From NCBI RefSeq assembly GCF_009914755.1, contig NC_060933.1: a DNA stretch of 64,000 bases, one strand, 5' to 3'. The notes under the pieces were generated by a model, which did not search any database, was not told where the DNA came from, and worked only from the letters and a program-made list of their open reading frames with translations. The translations under genes and the position numbers were made by a program. Shown in pieces: positions 41,924 through 56,000 of this stretch. Numbering within the stretch: the first letter of the stretch is position 1; each line of letters begins with the position of its first letter. The stretch is from the human T2T-CHM13v2.0 reference genome, Homo sapiens.

Positions 41924-44052
41924 ACAATGAGATCACATGGACACAGGAGGGGGAATATCACACTCTGGGGACTGTGGTGGGGTGGGGGGAGGGGGGAGGG
42001 ATAGCATTGGGAGATATACCTAATGCTAGATGACGAGTTAGTGGGTGCAGCGCACCAGCATGGCACATGTATACATATGTAACTAACCTGCACAATGTGC
42101 ACATGTACCCTAAAACTTAAAGTATAATAAAAAAAAAAAGGATTTCTACTTCTAGGTATTTAAAGAAATAACGAGATGCACGCAAAATTTCAGGGGTGTT
42201 ATTAACGACTTTGGACAGATATATCACAATCAGGACTAATAGGAAAGGATGCTACCTATACCACCTGCTATGTGCCCTTAGCTTACTGGATCATCAGCAG
42301 TCCAGGAGAGGGAGGCGGGGAAACACAGGATATGACTGTTTTCTCATCAATATGGAAATATTTCAGTATTTTAACAACCAGTGTGGCTAAACTGGCTGAC
42401 AGTCAATCCTACAAATAATAATCCTTATGCAGAATGACATAACAGCAAACAAAACTGGAAAAAATATATTTTCAATAATAAATTATTATTTATCATAAAC
42501 CATAAAGGTTCATATCATAGAATGCAATGAAGCATAAAAAAATGTCTTGGACAAGTATTTACTCATTTGTGAAGATACAAACTACTTAGCAAAAAGCAGA
42601 GCAGTTACAAAATATCATAGGCTGTACAATCTCAATTTTATTTAAATATGTATGTATACATATATTTACATCTTTAAGTAAATAGACTGAGGAACTATAT
42701 CAAAATGCTAATACTAATGTTTATGAGTAGTGGAATAATAATTTAATTTTCTTCTTTACAAATGTATGTTTTCCAAAATTTCTGCCATTAAACTGATGTA
42801 TTTTATAGCAAAGATAACATTACTTTTTAAAAATGGAGCACAGTAAAAAAAAAGCTGCTACATTTTAAACTGAATCTTAAAAATCTTTTAGTTACTGTGC
42901 TAAAGCATTTTCACTTCTTCAGAACAAAGATTTACTACTTTACCTTGATATATCAGGGAATAGAGAACAGAGATGAACTTGAAGCAGTTCGGCATCACTG
43001 ACCTGACAACCAAGTGGAGATGGTTGTCAGATAAAAAAATAATGAATCACTATGATACAAGCAAAACCAGAAATATCTAAAGATACAAAAATACAGGGAA
43101 AAGACATAAATTTTTTTTCTGGAAGGAGGTCATGGAAAGCTTCACAGAGGAAGTGATGACTGAGCAGGATTCTGAAGGCTAAACAGGAGTTCAAAAACCA
43201 GATATGGCAGGATGAAGCTTTTCTAGGAAAGAAACACCCCCATGCAAATGTTCTCGAGCATGAAACAGCCAGGAACTAAACAGATTTAGCTCTGCTTTCT
43301 TTCTCCTAAAATAGAAACTTGCAAGGATCTTGACTTTGACTGGAAGGAATAAGCATTTATGAAAAACATTCTAAGTGACAAAAATTGAGCTAGTATTTTG
43401 TTTTGTCTTTAATGGAGGAAATGAGAAAACTGAGGCTCCGGTAAGTAAGAACCCTCTTAGATATTCCTGGAATTTACACCCTGATGGGTGGTTAGTTACT
43501 TTATCTACATAGTATTCTCATGTATATATGCTATTATCGTATTCTATCAGTTGTTCTCATTACATAGAAAGGATTAAGATAAATTGGTGGTGTTCAAGGT
43601 TTTGGATTTACCTACTAGCGCACTTCCTCATTGCCACAGGAGTTAAATATTAACTCATGCTGATACCTGTCCAACATGTATGTACATGTGTGGGTGGGTG
43701 GGTTTAGGCGCAGGTGGAAATGAAGTATTGCAAAAATATCTGCAGTTTGGTGAGCAATTAATCAGGAAATAATGAGTGCTATACTGGAATAATCACCTTA
43801 AAAGTAAAACCTTCAATGAAAGCAAATCTTTCAGAAGTTCAATATGGGAATTAAATTACTTTAAAATTGTAGAATGTTCTAAACTTTTGCATTTATTGTT
43901 TTGAAAATATTTTTCAATGGTAGGCATTTTCAATCATTTATTTTATTACAAGGGGTTAATTCTGGGATTATTTTTTGCTACTTCTCAAGTTAACTATGAA
44001 AACCATAATTCTTTTTTTATCTTTTGGTTGGGTTTAATTATGACAATGTCAG

Positions 44053-44396
44053 TAATATGGTTTAGTTGTGTCCCCACCCAAATCTCATCTTGAATTTCCA
44101 CATGTTATGGGAAGAACTTGGTGGGAGGTAATTGAATCATGGGGGCAGGTCTTTCCCATGCTATTCCTGTGCTTGTGAATAGGTCTCACGAGATCTCACG
44201 GTTTTAAGAAGGGGAGTTTCCCTGCACAAGCTCTCTTCTCTTGTCTGCTGCCACGTCAGACTTGCCTTTCACCTTCTGCCATGATTGTGAGGCTTCCCTA
44301 GCCATGTGGAACTGTAAGTGCATTAAACCTCTTTCTTTTGTAAATTGTCCAGTCTCAGGTATGTCTTTATCAGCGGCATGAAAACAGACTTATACA
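44053..44396 (+). mobile_element. THE1 (MaLR) solo LTR
   Basis: taatatggtttagttgtgtccccacccaaatctcatcttgaa...gaaaacagacttataca, with 5-bp TSD GTCAG/ATCAG. Confidence 0.92.
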
Positions 44397-44499
44397 ATCA
44401 GTGAAGGCATAACTGGGAAGTTAAGTATCATTAACTTGGTAAGGTTATTCATGTTTCAATTATAAAGAATTTACCACTTCAGATGAACTCACCTAGTTT

Positions 44500-44895
44500 C
44501 CTTTTTCTCTTTTCTTTTTTTTTATTTCAATAGCTTTTAAGGTACGAGTGGTTTTTGGTACATGGATGAACTGTATAGTGGTGAACTATGAGATTTTAGT
44601 GCACTGTCATCAGAGCAGTATACACTGCACCCGATACGTATTTTTTAAATCTCTCACCCCCCACTGCCTCCCACTCCCTCTTGAGCCTCCAAAGTCCATT
44701 ATACCACTCTGTATGCCACTGTGTACACATAGCTTAGTTCTCCCTTATAAGTGAGAATATACAATATTTGGTTTTCCATTTCTGAGTTATTTCACTTAGA
44801 ATAACGGCCTCAAAATCCATCCACATTGCTGCAAAAGACATTATTTCATTCTTTTTTATGGCTGAGTAGTATTCCATGGTGTATATATATTACAC
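44500..44895 (-). mobile_element. L1PB-like 3' end fragment
   Basis: T-rich tail, then tttcaatagctttt...gtggtttttggttacatggatgaa...cccttataagtgagaa. Confidence 0.85.
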
Positions 44896-45501
44896 TGAAA
44901 AATGTAATTCTTTAATATGTCTATGTGAGCCAAAATCTACAAATGGTTAATGCAGATATTAGGTCAAGTGTCACTCTACAGTCTCCTGAATAGTACAGAA
45001 ATCAAATTTATACCCAGTGCAATTTTTTCACCATTAAGACATTTTATTTGGCCGTGAATTTATTTGGCCAAGACAATAAATTCAGTTTTTCTTCAGCATG
45101 AACCAAATTACTTTCTTAGATGCACATTACTTTCCTCCAGTTAGATCTCTGTTTTTTGAATCCCAGGCATCCTAAAAGAATATTTTGTTAATTCTACTAT
45201 AGCTCAATCTTATACCACTTGACTTCAATGGGCCACTATGAAAAAGGAAGCTGAGTTGAGTTCCTTTAAAGTCGTAAAAAGTAAATTAACATTGACCAAG
45301 CACTTTGAGGATAAAATAAAATGTCGAGTAATAATTATTCTTAAAATAAAAATAAAATCACAAGAAGTTGCCATTCTATAATTTTTTTGTGATTTTTTTT
45401 TATCTAATATCCCCCAAAGTCAGGAGGCAGTGTAGATGTACGAATATTGTCTGTATTTTCTTTCAAGTAAATGCAAAGCCAAACAAACAAACAAACAAAA
45501 C

Positions 45502-45644
45502 ACAAATGCACTTTTCACACCACGTTTTGCTCTCCACAACTTTTAGGCCCTAAGTACATACAAGCATGTATGAAAAAACAAATGCACTTATTTTCACACA
45601 TTTTGCTCTTCACAACTTTTAGGCCCTAAGTACATCATGCATGT
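45502..45644. repeat. Diverged ~75-bp tandem duplication
   Basis: acaaatgcactt...cacaacttttaggccctaagtacat...gcatgt occurs twice (from 45502 and 45578). Confidence 0.88.
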
Positions 45645-48600
45645 TTTAAATGCATCAAAGAGGCACTGCATTTAAAAGCAGTGAGACAGAAATGGACCAG
45701 ATAGGCTTGGTGTGATAGTGACCACAATTCCAATAACTATAAAGGAGAGGAGAGGTGGACTACATCCTCTAAGCAGACTCTACTGAGCTTCAACACTATC
45801 TGTGCTACCTAAAATAACCAAGTGTTGGAAATCAGTTCTTTTATTCTATCATCAAAAAGCATGATTCAGATTGACAATGGAAATTTGATTTATATAATTA
45901 TTAACAATTTTAAAAACTTTAAATAGTAGATCTCTCAAAAGACAAAATCCTTGGTGCATCTAGTAGTGAGAACTTAATTCTAAGAATTTAGAAGAACCTA
46001 GTGATTTCCTTGCTGGAAATTATAACCCACGGTTAAGCCTGAGGTTGGATGCCCACCCACCCTGCACCCCCATTATTTCTGCCTACTAATAAGCCTTTGT
46101 ACTGTGTGGCCTTTCCTTAAAGCACTTTTTTTTTTTTTTTTTTTTTTACATTTTCAAGTGAGTACATAGTATGTGTACTTGCGGGTTGGGGCACCTGAAG
46201 ACGAAGTGAGAAGCATTGTTGAGACAACATATCAGAAAATTCTTGCCTCTAGACAATCACTTAGGGGCTTGACTTCTGGAGAAAAATGGCAGTTTGTCAA
46301 ATCCTTGACACACTTTTAATTTAGTAATTTTATTAGCATAATATGCCTACTAGCAAAAGAAGAAACGGAATTGTTTAAATTTTCCCTCATTCTGATAATG
46401 AATGTCAAACATTTTTTTAAAACATTTTAAAGGATGAGCCAACAACTTTAAAATAAATTAAAACACCATTAATTTTTAGTAGGTCTATTTAAATAATAAT
46501 TTTGATTTTTGCATACTATTATTTATTTAGTCTTTTCTGTATCTTGCAGGGTATTCCTAAATTTATAATCTAGTGTCCAAAGATTTAATGAAAGCTCATT
46601 GCTTATAACAATCTGAGAAAAATAATATTAACAGTATAAAGGCAGAACACAGCTGGCTAATTTAAGTGAATACAATTTTTAAAAGCATTTACTCCATTGG
46701 GACTCATAATTACAGTATTTTGCCAGTAAATCTGTAAACATTTCATATCATATGTATTAAAAGATCATGCTTCTGAATTAGTAACTCTTAAAAGGTAAAA
46801 TTAAATATTCATAAATTTCAATAATTTGAAACACCGCAGTTTGAAATTAATTGATAAAAGTATCCCCAAGTCCAGGAAGATAATAAATTGCTATCTTCTG
46901 TGTTACTGAAATATAATTTGTATTATTCCTCAATTAGTAACCCCTACAATTTTAACTGTGGTGATAAAGTGTTCTACAATATGCAAGGTGGCAATTTCAA
47001 AACCTTCCCCTAAAACCAGTATTCTCAAGTCTTTTAAACTCATAACTAACCAAGCAGAAAACTCTCATATAAAAAGTCCAGCAGAGCTATGAGTGGTTAG
47101 ACAGGTTAACGCCAACCTACAGAGGAATGGAACAGAAAATACACATCAAAATCATTCAGGGATCAAGGGCAGCAAACTCTTGAAATGGTTAGAGAAATCA
47201 TGGTGTGGCATATTTCTCTTAGGCAAGCAGGGTCATTTCTGAGTTGGTCCTTCTCAGTAACCCAAATGAATGAATGCTCTTTTAAAGTGCCCATTAACTG
47301 AGGTGCATTTTTCTGGCTGTTTTTATAAAGTGCATGCCATAACAGGTACTTGTTTGGACAAAGATAAACATCGCTTTGTGTTCACATGCAAGTATGGCTT
47401 GTCACTTGGCACTTTGTGAATTACTTCTCAAAAAGAAGTCCTACTTTCAGCAGTTCTTGAGGAAACAGACAAGGGATCTCCCTACAGCCACTGATTTTAG
47501 GAGGTAGGGATTAAAAGTGTCAGGAACAGAGCATCTATTTTTGCTCATGTTTTAATTGGAAGTATAGTTACCACTCAAGCCAACTGGAAGCAGAAAAGCC
47601 TTCAAGATAATACATTAGAAGAAAAGTTAAGAGGGACACTGAAGATCATAATCCAATTGAAGAAAGAACCATTGAGTCATAGGATATGAAAATTTGGATG
47701 GAACCTTTATTAAACTAGACGGGATAGTCTAATAGCTTCATTTAACCAATTCAGAAAAGTATAAAAACAAGTCTTCAGTGAGACCTCTTACCCTACAAGA
47801 AATACAAAATCTATAATAAAGATCAAGTAATAAAATAGGGCTTGCAGTTCCTAACCATTCACAGTGGACATGCTCCCAACACCTGCAATATACATACATT
47901 TTTACTTTCTGTGTTTAATGCTGTTTCTACAAATTCTGCCACGTGTATATGATCATCCGGCCATGCAGTAAAAAAGCATCACTCTAAAGTGGTATGGTCT
48001 ATATTGGAAAGCAAGTGTTACTCCAGCACCTAAGTTTCTAAATACTTGAATATTTTTGCCTCCCACCAGAACTGACTATAAATATAATTATTAACCATCC
48101 CAGACAAACTATAAAGACTCAAATAAAAGTAGACTCAAAGGATAAACATATTGCATATTGAAGAATGCTACTAGAATGAATATGTCATCCTATAGTTTGG
48201 ATTAATAGGGCTCAAACTATGAAATGTGTCATGTCATTTCAGAAAAAGCAAAAAAGTTTGAATGTAGAGAGAAAGGAGTAGGAGTTCATATAGCCACTAG
48301 ACTCACATTTTTTACATGAACCATTGTAGGATATGCATTTTACATCATGACCTGGTACACAATACATACATAACTAAAACAAAACTTTTACAAAGCAAGA
48401 CTTACCGCTATGTGCAATGCACTATGATATTTCTCTATTTCTATTTAACTTCTTAAGTAATGCTCATGGTGACCCACAAAACTGATTTCATGATACACTA
48501 ATGAATCAGATCCACATTTTGAAAAACATTATACCAGAAGACTATCAAATCTTCTTGCCCATGGCATATTATTCATAAATCCCAGCATTCTTCCCAGCAA

Positions 48601-49612
48601 GTTCAGCTAAGCTTCAGAACCCATTTCAAACAAGCATTCCAGGCAGCGAGTATCAACTATAGTTGGGACACAGTCACCACCTAAGTTTTAAGAGGACAAA
48701 GTGCAGGGACAGAGTAGCTATTTTTATTATTTTGCACTGTTTGTACCCCCAGTGCTTGCAGAGCATCCAGAACAGAGTGGGCACTCAAATAACCACTAAG
48801 AGGTGAATCAGTAAACGACCACTAAGAAGATCAGAGGGTAAGCTTCGGTTTCTGAAGGCCCTCTGTAGCTCCTTGCACTCCATCTTTTGGCTACTTTGCT
48901 ATCTTTAAATATAAAGCTTTCAAAATTCAATCACTTTGAGTACTGTATGTACCGTCCCTGCTCTCCAAACTCCACCTTTTAATAACAGTTACCTGTACTA
49001 GGCTACTTGATGGTGCCTCTGTTATTTTCAAAAACAATTAGTTTACACTTAAGGAATTACCAAAAAAGATTACAAATCATGATAGAGTCCCTTGATAACT
49101 GGAAAGAAGGACCTGCCAAAACATGGACTGGATATTAGTGCATGTATTTTCTTATTTCAACCCTTCAACAATCTATTTAGTTTCATATCATCAACCCATT
49201 TTACTGGTGGGAAACCAAACACTTGGAAAAAAGAAGTGAGGTCACACAATTAGTAAATGCTTGGCAGAGCCAGGATTTTAAACTAGGTATTTCATTGCTC
49301 TTTATTATACCTCAGCTGCTCTTAAAAATGGCATTTAAATTACAAAGAAACAATGACCAGAAGCCTCAAACCCATTTGAAGTGTGTGAATTGTTAACAAG
49401 TTATCGTGTTGGAAAAATAAAACCCTATAACTTAGTAATATACTTCATCACATAACTTTACTTTTTCTTTGCCAAATCTTTGTGAGTTATTCACTGCTGG
49501 GTATGTTTTTCTTGGCAGCTGTTAATCTTGGCTCCGACATAAGTTCTTACTGTAGAGTAATTCAGATACGTTAAGTCCTCTATTACACAGAGAAAAAACA
49601 AGACTCTCTCTC

Positions 49613-49646
49613 GTGTGTATGCGTGTGTGTGTGTGTGTGTGTGTGT
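49613..49646. repeat. (TG)n microsatellite
   Basis: Direct reading. Confidence 0.95.
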
Positions 49647-49960
49647 TTATATTGCTCATGTCCAAGAGGAAATAAAAAATGGAAACAATATAAATTGGGG
49701 GTGTGTGCATCGGGCAGTTAAAAGACTTTGAAGGCAGAATCAACAATTTTGGCCTTTTGGCTCTCAGCAGAAGTAGTGTAAGGAAATGGAGCGGAAAAGA
49801 ACAGTACGGGTCAGGTTTAACTCACATGCACCCCCACACAAGTGTACGCTGCTTGACGTAGTCACAAAACCTGCAATGTGTAATTTGCCCAATCATGACC
49901 ATGAGTCACTGTAAAAGTTACTAAGAAGGTTGTTCAAAAAAAGCATATTTTTGTTATAAC

Positions 49961-50140
49961 TTTAGTTCTCAACCAGGAACAATTTAGGGAACATTTGGCA
50001 ATGTCTGGAGACATTTTTGGCTGACACTACTGGGTAAAAGACAGGGATGCTGCTAAACATCCCACAATGCACAGGACAGCCCCCCATAACAAGACATTAT
50101 ATGGGCAAAATGTCAGTAGTACCAAGGTTGAGAAACCCTG
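49961..50140. mobile_element. MER20 (hAT-Charlie), internally deleted
   Basis: gttctcaacc...catttggcaatgtctggagacatttttgg...ggttgagaaaccctg. Confidence 0.85.
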
Positions 50141-52935
50141 GTTTTCAGTGCAATAATATTTCGTGGACAACACAACTACTATACTCCAGCTGCCTCTCTG
50201 ATCCTGTCTCCTCATCTGTAAAATAAAGATGATTATAGTGCCTCTTCATTGTGTTGTTGTGAGGATTGAGTCTGATTTATGTAAAGCATTTAAAACTACG
50301 CCTATGACATAAGTAGGTGCTAAATAAATGTCACTCTTATCACCACCAGCATCATCATCATCAAAGCTTACCACCATGCGGCATGACCCTTTATTAGGTG
50401 AATTCTCGGGGTGAAAGAGGATTCTGTGTTAAAATAAAGTTGGAAAATGGTAGGTTAAAATCAGACAAGTTTCTTTGTTGTGTAAATGCTTGGAATCTCT
50501 AATAAGCAAAAAATATAGGACATGGAGAATTTCACATTGATCTGACCAAAGAATCCTATGCAGAATCTTGCAGGACTGAACACTTTTAGGGAAAGGCCGG
50601 TGTGGTGAAAGGGCATATACTGAGACTCTATAAACAGGATTCAGCTCTTGAGTCTATCACTTATCTGCCATGAAGCTGGGTAAGGCCCTTGACTTTCCTT
50701 GGCCTCAGTGATCACCAACGCAAAAAAAAAAAAAAGCCCTTCCAGATCAGAAAGTCTCAGCTTCTCTGATGCTCCTGGTTGTAGCATATCACTGCAGACC
50801 TCAAAGACATGCACTGTCAGATGTCAAGGACACCAGGGTCAAGCAAAATGAAGAGCTATGACAATTCCCAGGATAATTATGCTCCCCAAATTCCTGTTAC
50901 TAAGGAAGCTCAAATATCCAATGTGGGAAATCAAGAGGAACATGATATAAAAACTAGCCTTATCTGTTGTGTTTTTGCAAATGCAGTCTAACTTTTTAAA
51001 CAGAAAGCAAAACTAGCAAAGAACAATATGGTGCAATTTTTTAAAAATCTCAACTACCTAAAGTGTAGACCAGTATTATCTCCTCAATTATCTTTTAGGT
51101 GCTAAATAAAATCAGCACAGAATACGGCAAGAAAGGATTGCTACCTCAAGGAACTAAAACTCTATTTGGGGAGGAAAATGCACATATATCAGACATCCCG
51201 TGAGTGCTGACAGTTTAAACAAAGACCAATGGGAGCAGAGTCATCTCAGTTATTGCCATTTTTGATAAGTCAAATGCACAACAGCAAAATACAAAATAAA
51301 ATTTAAAAATGAAATATAAACATTTATCTTTTCGTTTGGGTTTCCAAGTAAGTGTTTTATACCACCTTATTGTTCAGCCATCATTGACAGGGGCCAGGAA
51401 GGTATTTAAACTGCAGGGTATGTGTACTATTTGTCATTCACTATACTCTTCCTCCCTGAGTGCACTGGTAAAAGTTTGGCCTGAATCCTCCATGCATGAC
51501 AGAGATGTACTTTTCTGGGATACAAAGTGAAATGAGTATGCCTCGTATTGTCCAGGGCACGATTTCTTCATATTACAACCTTAAGATATTTTAAATTGTA
51601 TAACTGGAATCTTTTACTCTGGAAGAATAGCCAGTGTACATATAGGTTATCCTTTCTTTTAATCCATTAAAGTCCATACCCATTTCATGACTCTGCATGG
51701 CATCTGTAATCTTGGGGTCAGGGAGGGAGAAACCAAGGTGTATGCTAAGACTCTTCTGTCCTCAGCAACCCTCTTAACCCAGGTACTGCTTAGATTGAAC
51801 AGGCCGTGGTAACTGATAAGCAACATCTGCTCATTTCCTCATTGTTCACTCTCATACATGACTATGCATAAACTAGTGTCATTTTCTAGAATTCCATAGG
51901 TTCCACTAACTCTATTTCTGATGACAAACTTGTTTGTCTTTTTTTCTTTCGAAACCTTATGTTTCAGATGAATTTAAATGTAGTCCCTGTTTTTCATTTC
52001 CAGACACAAAAAGAGACAATGGCTTCCTCTTTTCAAACTGCTTTAGAATATTCTTTTGTTCAGAATCTCTTTCAAAATGTTGAGGTTTGGTTGTCTTTGG
52101 TGGTGTCCCAGAATGATGGTTTACATCATCCCGCTCTCAACCTCTCCCCCCATGCACAAGCTTTGCTTTCCTAGAATATAACCACTCTGCTCTGGTGAGC
52201 CTCAAAAGAAAAATTCTGATTTTAAAAATCTAAAGCTTTAATTGCTTTTACTATTTAAAAGCCATTTTCCATTATAAAATTTATCATATAAATTTGTCTA
52301 GTTTTGTCTTTAACCTTTTTGCTTTGACCTTTGAACATACCCTGTTATCAATGTTTTTGCTATTAAAGCTCCTTTTGTTTCTTTGCATTTTAATCACTGT
52401 TTTGTTTCATTTGCAAACTGACTCCGTTCACTGCTTAGTCCTCTGTTTTGGTTCTTTTATTGTGTCCCCATGCTGAATTTCAGACACTGCAAAATGTGAG
52501 CCCTGAAAAGGGCCTTTGCATTTACCCTATTCAGGAGTGCAGGATCATTAACCACCACAAAATAAAAACTAGTTCCAACTTCCTCTGCCATCAGGGATAG
52601 AAAGCAGTGGGGAAGCTCTGAGAGGGAAGGTAGACTAGAGCCAAAGGGAAAGCATAGGTCCCGGTAGTGCTTCACCTGGATATGGATGTGTGTGTGTGTA
52701 TGGAATGGTAGTGTCCTTGCATGTGGAGTTCCCATAAGTTCCCTAGAAGAGTTACAGTAACAGCAGTCACGTGAAACTTAGCAAGGAGACCTTGAAGATT
52801 TTAAAAACTCTTAGGCAGCCCTGAAGTGGGTCCTCAGTTTACACATTGATAGCCCAGGCAACTCACCCAAAGCCACATGGGAGTAAACACTAGAGATTCA
52901 GCATGGCAACCCAGATCCCTTCCTCTAATAGTAGG

Positions 52936-53008
52936 ATACTAGCAAATACTATTTGCAAATACTATTTGCTAATACTATTTGTGAATACTATTTGCTAATA
53001 CTAGCAAA
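52936..53008. repeat. 13-bp tandem repeat (AATACTATTTGCW) x4
   Basis: aatactatttgca / aatactatttgct / aatactatttgtg / aatactatttgct, bracketed by atactagcaaa. Confidence 0.9.
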
Positions 53009-56000
53009 GCAACATTTCCACCTTATTCTTTGGCTTTTACTTTTTCTCTTGTGAATTTAGTTCTATGAAATCTTGTTTCAGCACACATCTTAATTATGGC
53101 TGGCTCTGACAGTTCTGTCTCAAGTCCACAACTTCAACAGACTTTATACCCACACACAAGATCTATATATCCACGCCAAAGGTCAGGTGTGATAACAATG
53201 AAGAGGGAATTATCATTTTTAATGATAAGCTACCCACACTTGTTACTATACTTTGCAAGCACATATTATAATTTTCATAGGCAAAGACATATTATCCTTT
53301 TATTCATTGTCTCATTCATTGTTTTAATAAATGTTCAATGAACACCAATTTTGGGTTAGGTGCCTCGAAGACTATACTTATATTCCAATTCCAGTGCCAT
53401 GGCTCTAAAAACAATGATCTATATGGTTCCTTTAGTATGGTCTTCAGAGAAAATTTAAATATCAGATTTAGTACTTTAAAGACACTATCTGCCTCTTTTG
53501 GTCATAAACATTAATTACTACCTATACCATCTGTGTCTTTTGCCAGACTTGGACATGAAGGACTTTGAATTAGTTCTAAAAATAAAAATTAAAATATGTG
53601 CTATAGCTGAGGACATCCAAAATGCTGTACAAATGACTCCCAAACAGGTTTCAAGAAGAGTTCCACAGATATTCTGCTTAATTAATGTGATATATAACAA
53701 AGTAATTAAGAGCAGAGACATAGAAATAGCAAAGACTTGGATTGGAGTCCCAGTACTACACCATTTATTAGCTGTCTGACCCCTTTAATCTCACTAGGCC
53801 AGTTTTCTTCTCTGTAAAATAGGAACAATCATCGCGCTTAGATGGGAGGGTTATTTGAAGCTTATCTGCGGTAATATAAGTAAAGCATGGAACCCAGGAA
53901 ATGATCAACAGAAAGCGCTATAATTGTTATCACTGCTTTGACAATCAGAAGAGTTGGATGCATTTTATTTTAATATTTACTTTTGAACAAAATATTTGGA
54001 TGAAGCTGACACCCTGGCAGTTTTAGAAAACAGTTTTGTGTTAGTTCTAGTTAGTATTTTAGATGTGTTCTGAAATAAAAGTAGACAACAGTCAATTATG
54101 TGGCTCTGTTTATATTTTAATAATTTATTTCCATTTATATTTTAATATTTCCAGTAAAATTTATGTTTATATCTTAGCTAATAGAACTATCTAACACATA
54201 GTAACTTGCCCATTATTCTGAAATATGTGGTCTTATCATTTCTACTTCAATAAATTTTGCAAAACAAAAAGGCCACCAACACTTACGATTAGCATAACGA
54301 ACATCTTCAAAAGGAAAATTTACTTTTCAAATAAATCTGTTTTTTAAATTATTCTTAACTGGGCTATAACTAGCTCTCCATTTTTATATTTCCTTTTGAC
54401 AGTGTGTTAATTTACAAAAGGAAATACAGAACATTAGCTTTGACCAATTGATAAATACATTTATTTTAAAAGGAAGCTGAATCTTTAAAATGTTTTGATC
54501 ATCTTTGTCAGTTCATAAGATTTATGGCTATTTCTCCAGAATTTGAAAACCTCTTAGCAGCAAAAATAAAATTTATATTAAAGATTTATTATTCAAAAAA
54601 CCATCTAGTTGGGTAGTCTTTTATATCTCTTTCCGTTACCTTTCCATATAGTCTTCTTTTGTCTACAAAAATATTTTCAGTCATTTCTGGGTATTGAAAG
54701 AAAATATCTTTTAGCTTATATTATTTAATACTTAATAACATTAATATGTCATTAAATTTTTCCTCATATAAAAACTAGAAATTTATTTCCAGAGATTAAA
54801 AAGTTATGATAAAATTCTAATTATTCGATTATTAGAAGCAATTAGAAAGCTACTTAACACATATCAGTCCAGGTATTAACCTGTAATTTTTACTTTGAAT
54901 TACAATTCAAACTACTGTTTTTCAAGACCTCCATTTAATTTGCATAAACATATTCATTTGAAAAGTGAATTAATGTTGCAGTTTTCATTCTGTTATATCA
55001 TCCTAATCCCAATTCCAAAAGCATAAAAAGCAATGTAAAATTTTATCACTGTTAACGTGCTAGGAAACATGCAGCCATGTTATAAAATTATTAAAGTCCA
55101 GCTGCAAAAAAGCTGGGGTTTGTGTATTTGTTTTCAAATTTTATCTACTTCCATTCTCACCTATAAAAAGGAAATGAGTTTTGAGTCACGGCACAGAATA
55201 TGAAAAGAAAATGTCAAGTGACAATATTACCAGTTTTTACTTCAAAAACCACTCTAGTTAAAAGCTACTTAAATCCTAATTTTTAAGGCTTCATTTACTT
55301 TATGTGGATTTTACTTCAGAGAACTCACACTTTTAGTGCTTTAGTCCACTGCTTCTTATATGAAATTTTTTATTTAGTTAATGAAGTTGAGATAATCAGT
55401 AAAAGGTTTGATCAGTGAGGCAAAACTCCCCAGGATAATCATTCAATAATGACTTTATGACTGGAATTTCTACTCCAACATGTGCTATAACTCAAAAATC
55501 TCAAGTTATTTTAGATAGTAAGATCGTACCAGTTTGACTTTTGGGGAAATCAATCCTTTGCTTGTATTCAAACCTTGGACTCTAAAATAGTCTCACCTCA
55601 CATACTAGAAGCTTCTAGAGCAGGACTTTCTGAGATTATTTCTTTATCTTATTTTATACATATCCAATTTACTAACGTGGCCCAAGTCCACCTGAAATTT
55701 GGCAGAAATAAGACGTCAGTTGTCGGATTACACTGGTTTTTAGATGCAGTTCATTTTCCTTTCCTGCTACCCTCCTCAGAATCAAAATTACCTCTAAGCA
55801 AAGAACCTAGATTTAAAATACAAAGAAGAAAATCCAACACAGAATTACCTAAGGAGAAGTGAAAGAACTTTTCTGTAACCAATGCTATGCCTTCTTGGTC
55901 ACTTTAATATTTGCCATTTTATTGTACTTTTCCCCTCTTCCAAATTGTAGAAGCACTCTATAGAAGTAAAACAAAAAAGAGAACTATAACGCAAACTCTT

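Noticed and set aside
52936-53008. CRISPR-like array
   Set aside because: Eukaryotic context, no unique spacers, no cas genes; it is a simple tandem repeat.
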